A DNA stretch of 64,000 nucleotides. It comes from Podarcis vaucheri (lineage: Eukaryota). Location: assembly GCA_965113315.1 (NCBI GenBank), contig OZ220366.1. One strand, written 5' to 3'. A program made the position numbers and the translations under genes. The notes under the pieces were generated by a model. It saw only the letters and a program-made list of their open reading frames with translations. It searched no databases and was not told the origin of the DNA. This document shows, one piece after another, positions 1 through 11,760 of this stretch (positions are counted from its first letter, which is position 1; every line of letters begins with the position of its first letter).

Positions 1-557
1 TTTTATTCAGTTGTGAAATGGCTGGTTACATCGTTTTAACCAATGATCTGTAGAAACCCTAATCACACTTTTATAGCTCCTTTCCCAGCAGCAAATACAA
101 GATCTGGATTCTCAAGTTTAAACATCAATGGTATTTAAGGTATTTTTATTTTTTAAAAAACCAACAAACAGGGTTGGTCATGTAAAAACGAAACTAGGCA
201 GGTGTGAGGCACAGGGGGTCCTGAAATGGCAACCTCTGAGATCTCAAGTGGGAATTCAGCCTGGGCAGAAGAGCACAGCTGCTAAAAGGAATACTCCGAC
301 AAGAAAGCATCTGCTTATTTAATCTTTCCTGCTGCAAGTATTTAAGTGAAACATTTAAATATTCTAATAGACTAATGTTTTCTTATGCATTCTGAATAAA
401 TACTGCTTAGTAATTGAAACCCTGCCAGCAACTTCATTTGCTTATATTCATCCTTTGCTATCCTGCCTTTCCCTCTGTTGTCATCCCCACCACCGAAATT
501 CGGATTTGTAAAGTGTGGATTCAAGCGAGCTCTAGTATGAGCAGGAGCTACTTGCAG

Positions 558-764
558 TAGGGTTGCCATATATCAAAAACTAAAAACCAGGACACCCCCC
601 ACATTGTTACTTGTTGAGCCTTTCTTTACAAAAACGCCAAAAAAGGGCAAATTTTCAGTTGGCTTGCACAAGATCCAGGACAAAGCACCGCCTTTTGGAA
701 ATTTCTCCTGGATGTCAATTCCACCTTTGAAACCCCGGTAAAATCCGGAGGTATGGCAGCCCTA
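558..764. mobile_element. hAT (Blackjack-like) MITE
   Basis: TIRs TAGGGTTGCCATA / TATGGCAGCCCTA; related copies near 8170, 13700 and 17656. Confidence 0.65.
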
Positions 765-913
765 CTGTAAGGCTACTCAGCAAGCCCATGGTTATACTGA
801 GGTGGCTCTAGATGTGGACGTTCAAGCTTTTAATTCCTATGTTATGCCCACTTCAGAAATTCTAGGACAAACCTAAATTCCATGCATCTAACTTCAGATA
901 GCTCTAACACAGT

Positions 914-1284
914 AAGGGTAAAGGTAAAGGTAAAGGTACCCCTGCCCGAACGGGCCAGTCTTGACAGACTCTGGGGTTTGTGCGCCCATCTCACTCAAGA
1001 GGCCGGGGGCCAGCGCTGTCCGGAGACACTTCCGGGTCACGTGGCCAGCGTGACAAAGCTGCATCTGGCAAGCCAGCGCAGCACACGGAACGCCGTTTAC
1101 CTTCCCGCTGGTAAGCGGTACCTATTTATCTACTTGCACCCGGGGGTGCTTTCGAACTGCTAGGTTGGCAGGCGCTGGGACCGAGCAGTGGGAGCGCACC
1201 CCGCCGCTGGGATTCGAACCGCCGACCTTTCGATCGGCAAGCCCTAGGCGCTGAGGCTTTTACCCACAGCGCCACCTGCGTCCC
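914..1284 (-). mobile_element. Sauria SINE (Squam1), full length
   Basis: Reverse complement starts GGGACGCAGGTGGCGCTGTGGG, has B box GGTTCGAATCC and ends in an (ACCTTT)n tail. Confidence 0.9.
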
Positions 1285-1430
1285 ATGTCATAAGGGACAA
1301 TGTGTTAAATAAGGAGTAAGATGCAAGAACATATAAAAAGCTCCAAGAACAGAGAGCCAGCTGTTCTCAAACTGATCTCGTTTGCTGACAGTCATCAACA
1401 ACGGCTGGGCAATCACACATACAATTTATT

Positions 1431-1882
1431 GACTGGGAGTGGCCGCCGAGACCATAGAACACCAGTCCTGAAAGATCTTGGCTCCCAGTACGTTTCTGAG
1501 CACAATTCAAAGTGCTGGTGCTGACCTTTAAAGCCCTAAATGGCCTTGGTCCTGTATACCTGAAGGAGCGTCTCCACCCCCATCGTTCAGCCCTGAGGTC
1601 AAGCTCCGAGGGCCTTCTGGCAGTTCTCTCCCTGCAAGAAGTGAGGTTAAAGGGCACCAGGCAGAGGACCTTCTCCATAGTGGCACCCGCCCTGTGGAAC
1701 ACCCTCCCATCAGATGTCAAGGAAATCAACAACTACCTGACTTTTAGAAGACATCTGAAGGTAACCCTGTATCAGGAAATGTCTAATGTTTTACAATTTT
1801 TTATATGCTGTAGGCCGCCCAGAGTGGCAGGGGAAACCCAGCCAGATGGGTGGGGTATAAATAATAAAATTATTATTACTAT
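1431..1882 (+). mobile_element. L2-clade LINE 3' fragment
   Basis: Encodes FKALNGLGPVYLKERL...FSIVAPALWNTLP..FRRHLK, typical of the L2 ORF2 C-terminus; tail GGGGTATAAATAATAAAAT(TAT)n. Confidence 0.8.
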
Positions 1883-1884
1883 TA

Positions 1885-2110
1885 CAGTGATACCTCGGGT
1901 TACAGATACTTCAGGTTACAGACTCTACTAACTCAGAAATAATACCTCGGGTTAAGAACTTTACTTCAGGATGAGAACAGAAATTGTGCGGCGGTGGCGC
2001 AGCAGCAGCAGGAGGCCCCATTAGCTAAAGTGGTACCTCAGGTTAAGAACAGTTTCAGGTTAAGAACGAACCTCCAGAATGAATTAAGTTCTTAACCCGA
2101 GGTACCACTG
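1885..2110. mobile_element. Tc1/mariner (Tigger-like) MITE family A
   Basis: TA-flanked; TIRs CAGTGATACCTCGGGTTA / TAACCCGAGGTACCACTG; closely similar copies at 7900-8141 and 61918-62158. Confidence 0.85.
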
Positions 2111-2145
2111 TATTATTATTTGGATGTCAATGAGATAAATAATTA

Positions 2146-2586
2146 CAGTGGTGCCTCGCAAGACGAAAAGAATCCGTTCCGTGATTCTCTTCGTCTAGTG
2201 GTTTTTTTCGTCTTGCGAAGCAAGCCCATTGACGGATTAGCGCACTAGCGCTATTAGCGGCTTTTAGCGGCTTATCTGCTGATTGGATCAGCTGATAAGC
2301 GGCTTAGTACTATTAGCGCTATTAGCGGCTTATCTGCTGATCGGATCAGCTGATAAGCGGCTTAGCGCTATTAGCGGCTTATCTGCTGATCGGATCAGCT
2401 GATAAGCGGCTTAGCGGCTTAGAAAAAGGGGGAGGGGGAAAAAACCAGCAGGAACTCGCAAGACATTGTCGTCTTGCGAAGCAAGCCCATAGGAGATTCG
2501 TTTTGCGAAGCACCTCCAAAACGGAAAACTCTTTCGTCTAGCGAGTTTTTCATCTTGCGAGGCATTCGTCTTGCGGGGCACCACTG
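2146..2586. mobile_element. Tc1/mariner (Tigger-like) MITE family B with internal minisatellite
   Basis: TA-flanked; TIRs CAGTGGTGCCTCGCAAGACGAA / TTCGTCTTGCGGGGCACCACTG. Confidence 0.85.
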
Positions 2587-2704
2587 TATACTGCTTTTAG
2601 GTGTATGGCTGCCCTAATTTAGAGCCAGACAAGGGGTGGTCTTTTTGATTTCCACCTATCACACACACAAACCCAGCTACAAACACTTTTCTAGGGAGAC
2701 CTCA

Positions 2705-2885
2705 ACCCCTTAAGCCTTACGAGGAACAGTTGAGGGAGTTGGGTATGTTTTGCTTGGAGAAGAGAAGACCGAGAGGCGATGTGATAGCCGCCTCAGCGTA
2801 TCTGAAGGCAACGTGGAGAAAACTTGTGTTCTACGGCTCCAGAGGGTAGAAACCAAACCAATGGCTTCAAGTTACAAGAATGGGG
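2705..2885 (+). mobile_element. CR1 LINE ORF2 3' fragment
   Basis: [24 protein letters not shown]-like reading; AACCAATGGCTTCAAGTTACAAGAA motif. Confidence 0.75.
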
Positions 2886-3753
2886 GCTACAGCATAAGGA
2901 GGTGGGAAAGCCCCATTCTTGTGCTTGCCAGTGCTTGCCCCATAATACCCCAACACAGCATCACTCTGAGGCATTGTGGGAGATATTCAAGGTGGCTTTC
3001 ACATCCCCCATTGTTAAAGCAGGGCCCCCAGCAGCTGTCTAAGAACGCTGTGTGCCCGTTTCAAGATCAGAGCCTATCATTCTTATGGCATTAATAGGAG
3101 TAAAAAACCTAATTCACTTTATAACTGGATGAGCAAGCATGAAAAAACAAAAAAACAAAAGTTTTGCACATGCTAGAACTTATAGGAGAATAGAGTTCTG
3201 ACATGCTCTGCAGAAAATCAAATTGCATGTGTGTGGATACTTTGCTAGCTCTGCAAGAGAACGTGGGGAGAGGGAGGGAATGGAGGGACGGTTATTTGCC
3301 CAGGTAGACAAGGGAAAATGAGAAAAATCCCCACACAATTCACAGAGGTACTAATGGAAGCGGGAGAAAGGACTGCTGTTAATCAAATGTCAATAGATGT
3401 CTAATAGGAGGATAAGAAGGAGCTGTGTGTTTGAGACCTAGGGGAATGGCACAAAACAGTTTCCCACTAATATTGGTTCAAAAATTAAATGGATCGTTAG
3501 ACTTCACACATACCTTGTGTCAGCTCTGTACAAACATTCCGTCAAGAAATTTTACAACCGGGCAAGGGGGTGGGGGGAGAGAATATCACAGAATCCTCTA
3601 TATGTAAACTTAGGATCATGGGTCCTCAGAAGCTCAATTTGTACATTTTAGGATTTAAGAACTGGCCATCTGGGGTGAAAAACAGATGCACATTCAGGTG
3701 AGAGATGACCACATATATGAAGGCGGAGCAGAGAATCTGTGGGTCCTCTAGAT

Positions 3754-3880
3754 CAGGCTCCCTCAAACTCAACCCTCCAGATGTTTTTGGCCTACAATTC
3801 CCATGATCCCTAGCCAGTGGTCAGGGGTGATGGGAGTTGTAGTCCCAAAAAGCTGGAAGGCCAAGTTTGGCCATGCCTGG
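3754..3880. mobile_element. hAT-Charlie-like MITE
   Basis: CAGGC...GCCTG ends; internal inverted CTACAATTCCCAT/ATGGGAGTTGTAG; relatives at 29708-29830 and 44109-44240. Confidence 0.65.
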
Positions 3881-4744
3881 CTTCTACGTAAACCCAGCAC
3901 TTATTTAGGAGACCACTGGAAACAGATGGAAACAAGACCAGGATTTTGACTCACTTGTGGTGTAAAAAATATTATGGATAATATGTCTTGATATAAAAAT
4001 TGGAATCTGGACTAATATGCAGTTGTAGATGTTTAAAATAAGACTCCATGTATAGGATGGGGGCGGTGAGTCTTGAGATTTGGAGAATCCCCTCATACAG
4101 TATGATTCTATTGATCTCTGTTTATTTGTACTTTTTATTTGTAAAACCATTAAAATACCTTTTTAAAAAAAAAATAATAATAATAATCCCTCCACTTATG
4201 TGGCAAATCCATTGGTGTGTAGAGTCTACTTATAACCTGTAGTTCTGCTCCCCCCTTCATTTCTCAGTGTTGATTAAAACACAGACCCTTACACTTAACA
4301 GATGTCATTTGCTCTTACGCTTTTCAAAATTTAAAAGCAAACAATGTGTTTTAACAGCAAAACTCCCTGATCCCTTAAGGCACAATGCTAGAGCGTAAGT
4401 GCTTTTCATAAGTGTTGCAGCAAACATTATTCAGCTTTCGCCGGCTGGCATTTAAAAGCCATTCAGCTATTCATTCCTGGATCCGTGACCTCAGTGTGGA
4501 GGGCCCGGACTCGAGCTTTCTTGTCACCACACAAGTCAGCTTTTGTGGATTGTAGGGATTCACACATGTAATCCCATAAAGAATTTATCCATACCCACAA
4601 TACCTTGACTCAAACAACTACCTTTCCACGGCAGCAAGCACACACATTCGTGCAGTTCATCTCCTCCTCTTGCACTGAACCAAGAACACCAGGGACTCAG
4701 CTACATTAATAAAGAAAAATGTTTTATATGCGTTATAACACTGT

Positions 4745-4761
4745 GACGCCAGATGGCGCTG
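4745..4761 (+). promoter_or_regulatory. CTCF-like motif
   Basis: GACGCCAGATGGCGCTG matches the CTCF core CCAGATGGCGC. Confidence 0.45.
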
Positions 4762-4892
4762 TGGAGCCCCGTCTTTCGCCAACGGGATTCCCCCCCTTTG
4801 AGGTTTACAATGTGTTTTCCTGAAATGCTTTTCCGATGTGTCTAGATCCAGCCCAGGTCAAACATCTGAACTGGCCATAGATAAAAGGTATG

Positions 4893-5030
4893 GTTGGATA
4901 GTGTTCTCGAAGCTACCAGCATGAGTCTGACCAAACTGCGGGAGGCAGTGGAAGACAGGAGTGCCTGGCGTGCTCCGGTCCATGGGGTCACACAGAGTTG
5001 GACACGACTAAACGACTAAACAACAATAAC
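4893..5030 (+). mobile_element. BovB (RTE) LINE 3' end
   Basis: AAACTGCGGGAGGCAGTGGAAGACAGG..CCTGGCGTGCT..GTCCATGGGGTCAC..AGAGTTGGACACGACT followed by a (CAA)n-like tail. Confidence 0.85.
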
Positions 5031-5345
5031 AGAAGGTATACTTCATACCTGTTTTACGCCTTCAAGGTTGATGTGTATGTACATGTAACAGATATGCACT
5101 TTGTAATAGAACGCTATTTATTCTGAAAGTTATAGTTAACATATGGAACTTGTTCCCACAAAAGGTGGTGATGGCCACCAATTTGGATGGCTATACAGTG
5201 GATGCTCGGGTTGCGAATGTGATCCGTGCGGGATGCATGTTTGCAACCTGCAGTGTTTGCAACCCGCAGCTGCAAGTCTGCGCACGCACGGGTTGTGATT
5301 CATGCTTCTGCGCATGCGCAAAACGCGATTTAGCACTCCTGCACA

Positions 5346-5525
5346 TGCTAACATTCTCCTTTCCTTCCTCCCCCACAACAAACACTCTGTGAGGTGAGTG
5401 GGGCTGAGAGACTTCAAAGAAGTGTGATTGGCCCAAGGTCACCCAGCAGCTGCATGTGGAAGAGTGGAGACGTGAACCCGGTTACCCAGATTACGTGACT
5501 TAACCACTACACCACACTGGCTCTC
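5346..5525 (-). mobile_element. Squam2/POM-like SINE, 5' part, joined to a truncated Tigger-like MITE (5194-5345)
   Basis: Close match to 10812-11000. Confidence 0.7.
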
Positions 5526-6734
5526 ATGAGATGATTGGGAGCAAGGAATTCCTTTAAAAAATGATTGGAAGAGGCAGATTGGAAGTGATCCTCTTTGTTT
5601 CTATAATATGCATGAGCCAATAATACAACAAAATGGATGAAACCACTGTAAAACCAATAAGGGGAAACAAGTTAAGTGTAGAGGAATTTTAGAGATTCAT
5701 CAGAAATTTCCAATATGGCTTTGGGTTTTTGTTTTTTTTTTTAAAAAAAGACAAAATATTTTGGAAAAGAAAAAGATCTGCCATACTCATATGGCATTTG
5801 GATATCTACTAATATTAATATGTAATACTCAAACCGCTATACTGAATGTAAGAAGTGATATCACACACATTTTTTATTATGGTCCAAAGACCCACAAAAA
5901 CAGTTTCTAAAGCAAAATGCAGCAGGAATACAGAGAAAACATCCCAAGGCAGCCACTATGTTTTATCCAGAGGATGTTGATTTCTAATTCTTATGACCTC
6001 CGAGAGAAGTTTTGACACGGCCAGGGAAATAACGTTTGTCTTACCTTCGAGAAGATAATTGAGATAGGTTTCAGAATTTCCAGGTAAATTTACCAATAAG
6101 GGTTTAATTATGTGATCCCTGGAAGTAACTTTAACAATGACAACAAGCAGCAATATATTCTGCCAACACAATAAAACCCCCCCACAGAATTAGAGAGGGA
6201 GGGCACTCAACACGCCAGTTCACAACCGCAAATATCAATTTAGGGAAGATGCAACTGCCGTTGTCTTACCAGGTTTTTAATTATGTGTTTGTTTGCCGTG
6301 GTGGCCTAATTTCGTCAAGTAGATGAGCCGACATTAAAAGCTGGGGGGAGAGGTAAGTAATCCCCAGGGCGTGAGGTTCACGCAGACAGTTTAAAAGGTA
6401 CAGGTATGGTAGCATAACGGCACGGCAAATTTGAGAAGGGGGCCTGCATGATGAACAGCGAAAAGCCAGCAAATCAGATTTTTCACAATTAGTTGGACAA
6501 CAACTGTGACAGGTTCGGCGCTTAGCGTTTTCATTTGTGTGCTCAAATTTGGTTATCCGTCCTCTTTTATGCAAATGTGATGTGACAGGAAAAGCTGAGA
6601 TCACTCAACCAGGCCGATCGCTCACAACAGGAGCTGGAGCCGCACAGAGGAGAGGCCCAGATTAAATGGACCGAAAGCTGATGGAGAAGTGACAAGGAGG
6701 AGAGCTCTGGAAATCTCGTGAACTGATTTTCTTA

Positions 6735-7440
6735 TTTTATTTTATTTTATTTTCTATTAACTGATATTTTATTGGGGGGAAATTCAAATATAAAGCAGTC
6801 AAGTGATACAAAAAGAAGGAAAAAAGCACAAAACAAAGAACTGTGTAAAGGGGGAATATTATTTGAATACATACCAAAAACACCCATAATTTCTTTTCTA
6901 AATTTGATATTGTTATCCTAATACAGTGGACCCTCTGGATATGAATGTAAATCGTTCCAGAGGTCTGCACGGACCCCCAAAAATCTGCAAGTAGAGGCGC
7001 CGCTTCTGCGTATGCTCAATAGAGCGTTTCTGTGCATGCAGGCGAGGCGAAACCCGGAAGAATACACTTCCAGGTTTGCCGAGTTCGCAACCCGAAAGTT
7101 ACGTTACCCGAAGGTAACGTAACCCGAGGGTCCACTGTACTAATAGAAAGATTAATAGTCTACATTTTGTATAAGTCCGTTCCAAATATTGTCATATTTA
7201 TCCAAGCAGAGTCTATGTCTGTAAGCAGTCCGTTTGTAGGTTGCAAGTGTTATCATATTATCAATCCACCGATTAAAGGACATCAAATCTTCACTCTTCC
7301 AGTTCATCAATATCAGCCACTTGGCTACCATTAGAGCTCGTATAATCCATTTTTGTTGTCCAGTTGTTAACTTCCATATAGTAGATATATAGTTCAGAAG
7401 AGTATTCTCTGCTTCTAGTTTTTTTTTCTGAACAGTCACA
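6735..7440 (-). mobile_element. L1/Tx1-like LINE 3' end, interrupted by a MITE
   Basis: ORF 7152-7439 (AKWLILMNWKS...W..NMI.LATY...DKY..IW) resembles the non-mammalian L1 ORF2 C-terminus; AATAAA and A-rich tail near 6735-6775. Confidence 0.65.
6924..7137. mobile_element. Tc1/mariner (Tigger-like) MITE family C
   Basis: TA-flanked; CAGTGGACCCTC / GAGGGTCCACTG TIRs. Confidence 0.8.
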
Positions 7441-7899
7441 GGTATACAATCCAGAACTTTAGCAAGTATAGAACGCCGATTTTAAATTTCTCTGGGAAGG
7501 TGCACACCGCAGGACCTCGAATGCCAACGCCGTGATGTGTCAAAGCAGAACAATAAGAAATGAATGCCAGTTGGGCGTATACTTCATCAAAGCCCATATA
7601 TTTGCCTTCTGTTGTGAAGAAAAGAAGAAAATACATGATGAAGATTGTAATAATTGGGTTATGCATCTTTTTACGGGACTGTGACACTTTATGGAATGGC
7701 ACATGAGGAAGAAAGGGGGGGGGAGGGAAGAAAGAAGAGAATGCAAACAAAGGAAAACATACTAGCCTAAGAGTTACTGGACTATAATTTGTTTATACAA
7801 TTCACCTTTTGCTTAATCCATTTCCTCTACGGATATACAAATGGTACAGCAATAGAAAGAACTGGCCAGTAAATCTTACAGCACTTGAGGGTTCAGTTA

Positions 7900-8141
7900 C
7901 AGTGGTACCTCAGGTTACATAAGCTTCAGGTTACATATGCTTCAGGTTACAGACTCCGCTAACCCAGAAAAAATACCTCAGGTTAAGAACTTTGCTTCAG
8001 GATGAGAACAGAAATTGCGCGGTGGCGGCACAGCAGCAGCGGGAGGCCCCATTAGCTAAAGTGGTGCTTCAGGTTAAGAACAGTTTCAGGTTAAGAACGC
8101 ACCTCCGGAACGAATTAAGTACATAACCAGAGGTACCACTG
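7900..8141. mobile_element. Tigger-like MITE family A
   Basis: TA-flanked; CAGTGGTACCTC / GAGGTACCACTG. Confidence 0.85.
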
Positions 8142-8167
8142 TATTACAATGCTTGATTGAGCTGGAA

Positions 8168-8453
8168 CTAAGGCTGCCATGTGTCCTCTTTTTCCAGGAC
8201 TCGTCCTCTTTATCAGGGGTAAAATTTCAGTCCGGGCGGATTTTTAAAATTTGCCAAAATGTCTCTGGCTATACATTCTGGATGAGACATAGACACAACC
8301 GGTGGTTGAAGATTTGCCTTCCTCTTCTCTTCTCTTCTGCCCCCACCCCCTCAGCAATATATCACAACTTCTACAGCCTACATATAGTCGGGATATTTAA
8401 AATGAGAGTCGTCATAGAGTCCTCTTTTTTGCTCTTCAAAATATGCCAACCCT
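8168..8453. mobile_element. hAT (Blackjack-like) MITE
   Basis: TAAGGCTGCCAT ... ATGCCAACCCTA ends; GTCCTCTTTTT subterminal motifs. Confidence 0.55.
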
Positions 8454-9169
8454 AGGCGGAAAGGATGTCTTTAGCCTAAACCTGACTATTCGGAAGCCAA
8501 GTTACACTGAATCCAGCATAGTATTGCAGTCCTGGCCACAGCAGAGAAAGAAAGAGAGAATCGTGTGCACAGCTCCACTAAACGGCAGGTATAATTTTGA
8601 TAGAAAAATTACAGATCAGAGATTTCATCCATATTTTTTTTAAAGAAACAGACTCCCACTGGTAATATAAACCAGAACTGCCCCGAGAGCTGGTTCCTTC
8701 CATCTCAACCAGTTGAAGAAATGAGCACTTGCATTCTTCTGCACATAAAACAGAGCAGCCTTCCATGCAAAAGAAAGTAATAACCGCCTTTTAAATTTTT
8801 CCGTGTGTTTTATATACTTCTGTTATGGCCACCAACTTACCCACGGCCTCAAGCCTGGAGCCGTCTCTGCGTACTGTGAGAGGAACGACAGTTTTAGATA
8901 TTGGCTAAGCCAATGCAGAAACTGTTTCGTCCTCTCATCCCTCCAACCCAATTGGTCTCTAGCCAGAGCACCCTGTTAAAAGGGATTTTCTTAATAAATA
9001 AAAAAGCAGAACCCACCAAACCCCAGTAGCTGGGGCACAACCAAGCCTAGACACTACTTATCCCAGTGCTTAGCCAAGAGAGATAAGTGATTAACCTCAT
9101 TCAGTGTCCTAAGAATGCATACCCCCCAACATTTCTCTGATGAAAATAGGGACATCCTATTCAATAATA

Positions 9170-9510
9170 GGGACGCGGGTGGCACTGTGGGTTAAACCAC
9201 AGAGCCTAGGACTTGCCGATCAGAAGGTCGGCAGTTCGAATCCCCGTGACGGAGTGAGCTCCCGTTGCTCAGTCCCATCTCCTGCCAACCTAGCAGTTCG
9301 AAAGCACGTCAAAGTGCAAGTAGATAAACAGGTACCGCTCCGGCGGGAAGGTAAACGGTGTTTCTGTGCGCTGCTCTGGTTCGCCAGAAGCGGTTTAGTC
9401 ATGCTGGCCACATGACCCAGAAGCTGTACGCCAGCCAATAAAGCGAGATGAGCGCCGCAACCCCAGAGTCAGTCACGATTGGACCTAATGGTCAGGGGTC
9501 CCTTTACCTT
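9170..9510 (+). mobile_element. Sauria SINE with 12-bp TSD
   Basis: GGGACGCGGGTGGCACTGTGGG start, CCCTTTACCTT end; TSD TATTCAATAATA at 9158-9169 and 9511-9522. Confidence 0.92.
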
Positions 9511-9694
9511 TATTCAATAATAATAATAATAAAATAATAATACTTTTACTGTTTATACCCCACCCCAACAGTCTGTTCAGCAGCCTCAGCTTTTGTAGCT
9601 GGAGTCAGTCAGGGTCCTACCCTTCCAGGCCTGGCATAAAAGGTCCTGCATATTCAATAGTAATAATACCAATAATAATGTTACTATTTATACC

Positions 9695-9891
9695 CAGTGG
9701 CAGAGCTCATGCTACAGCACCTGGGAGTGGAGAACAGGTGAGGGCGGGGCTGGCGCGTGACCTGGGGGCGTAGCACATGACTTGTGGGCGTGGTTCCTAG
9801 TGTGGGCCAGGGGGCCGCTGCGATGCACCCCACCAGGATCGTGCTGCCGGGGGAGGTGTGCTCCCCCCGCACCCCTCTTCGTCTGCCAGTG
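9695..9891. mobile_element. GC-rich hAT MITE
   Basis: TIR CAGTGGCAGA / TCTGCCAGTG; perfect 8-bp TSD TTTATACC at 9687-9694 and 9892-9899. Confidence 0.8.
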
Positions 9892-10749
9892 TTTATACCC
9901 CAACCAACAGTCTGTTCAGCAGCCTCAGCTTTTGTAGCTGGAGTCAGTCAGGGTCCTGCCCTTCCAGGTCAGGTGGAAAAGGTCCTGCGAGGCAGGGAGG
10001 AGCTCACAGCCGAGATGAGTATTTGAGTAGTTAGCAATGTAACAAATAATGAACAACACTACAGGCTGCCTTATGTATGTACATGGAAGTTCATGTTTTA
10101 AAATCAAAATTCATTTTTTTTCTATTGGAGGCCTAACTCACAACAAGAGGAGAATTTATAACATTTGTATTCCGTCCTGCAGCCAGAAGCAAAGTATAAT
10201 ATCCTAGCCTCACACTCTATATGTAAAGTAAGGCAGAGTTGATCAGACCAGAGGTATCTGGTGATCTTCATAGCCGAGTTGAGGAACGCTACTCACACTG
10301 GGACCCATCTCGCCACAATCATCTCCTTTAAACAAAGAGGTCTTAATAATGACAAATGAAATCAGAGAAAGGGACCTCAGCTAACATGCAGGAACTATGA
10401 GTGTTTCTGCATTGCAAACTCTGGTTAAACTGTGCCAAGCAAACCTCCCCATTTTAAATTCTTTCCTTTGCACACAGATGGGAAACAGAGCTGGTTATGT
10501 TCAAAGGAAAAACCAAGCCACCACAGAAACGAGCATTTCAATGTCACAAGCTATGGTTGCTGCCACAATGATTGGTTATAGCTACTTTTTTGCTTCCTCA
10601 CATCGTCTCATACTTGATTGAACTTGGCAGCCCCAGGATACGTCTCAAGAAACTCGCTTGTATCTTATTTAAAACACTATGATATGCTTGTATCCATATT
10701 GGGATCCCAAAAAGTAGTTGGGACGACACTTTAGCTTGAATAATCCAAA

Positions 10750-11000
10750 TAGAAGAAGAGGTGTTTGGATTTGATACCCCGCTTTATCACTACCCAAAGG
10801 AGTCTCAAAGCGGCTAACATTCTCCTTTCCCTTCCTCCCCCACAACAAACACTCTGTGAGGTGAGTGGGGCTGAGAGACTTCAGAGAAGTGTGACTGGCC
10901 CAAGGTCACACAGCAGCTGCATGTGGAGGAGCAGGGAAGCAAACACGTTTCACCAGATTACGAGTCTATTGCTCTTAACCACCACACCACACTGGCTCTC
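10750..11000 (-). mobile_element. Squam2/POM-like tRNA SINE
   Basis: Reverse complement starts AGAGCCAGTGTGGTGTGGTGGTTAAGAG (tRNA-like head) and ends in an L2-like tail with (CTT)n. Confidence 0.75.
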
Positions 11001-11604
11001 TAGCAGCTAGTATAAATTGGTTAAAGTCTTATGAATTTATGCTCCAAGCAGTCTAACCGCCACTTGCTCAACCATCTTCTTTTCTTTCCTTCCTTCCTTC
11101 CTTCCTTCCGCTTACTGTCTCAACCAATACTTTCATCCCCCCCAAAAAACATTCAGGGGATAAGCGTCCCAATGAGAAGGGTTAACTACATCTTCCAGCG
11201 ACCAGAAGGTTATCATCATCCTACAGAACTAGTATTTAAAAAGGGAAAGAAGAACACGAATTGTGGAAAGATTAAAAGGATAAGATGAGTAAACAGGGAG
11301 AAAAGTGGAGGTATAAGGGACCATTGGGAATAATACCCCTCACCCTGACACAACTTCCTTTGGGGTCTTTACGTAGCCTTGAATTTTGGCAATATCTCTT
11401 GCTTGTCTAGACAAGCTGGGAAAGGCACTTGTAGCCACAGATGACATCTGGGCATCTAGAGACAAAGATGTCACAAGATGTCACAGACTGCCTCTCCCCA
11501 TATAAACAGACCTGGACTTTGCAATCATCATCCATGGCCCATATGCGGCCCCCAAAAGATCGGCCAGAAGGGCTGAGAAAGGTTCCCCACCAATGGTATA
11601 TGTT

Positions 11605-11760
11605 CATAGGCACCAGCTCCTGGGGGCCGAGGCACTTTGGGGCCCCCTCCAGGTTTCTTTTATTTGAGGGAGGCAGGACCCCACTATGTTCAGGTGGTGT
11701 TTGGCTTCACCCCCTGTCGCATAGGGCCCCCTCAATCATCCCGAGAAGTTGGTGCCTCCG
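11605..11760. mobile_element. MITE (probable hAT)
   Basis: CATAGGCACCAGCTCC ... GAAGTTGGTGCCTCCG inverted ends. Confidence 0.45.

Noticed and set aside
2240-2420. CRISPR-like array of palindromic repeats
   Set aside because: Eukaryotic context, spacers are repetitive rather than unique, no cas genes, and it lies inside a MITE.
9170-9250. tRNA gene (A and B boxes)
   Set aside because: It is the tRNA-derived head of a Sauria SINE, as in the other copies.
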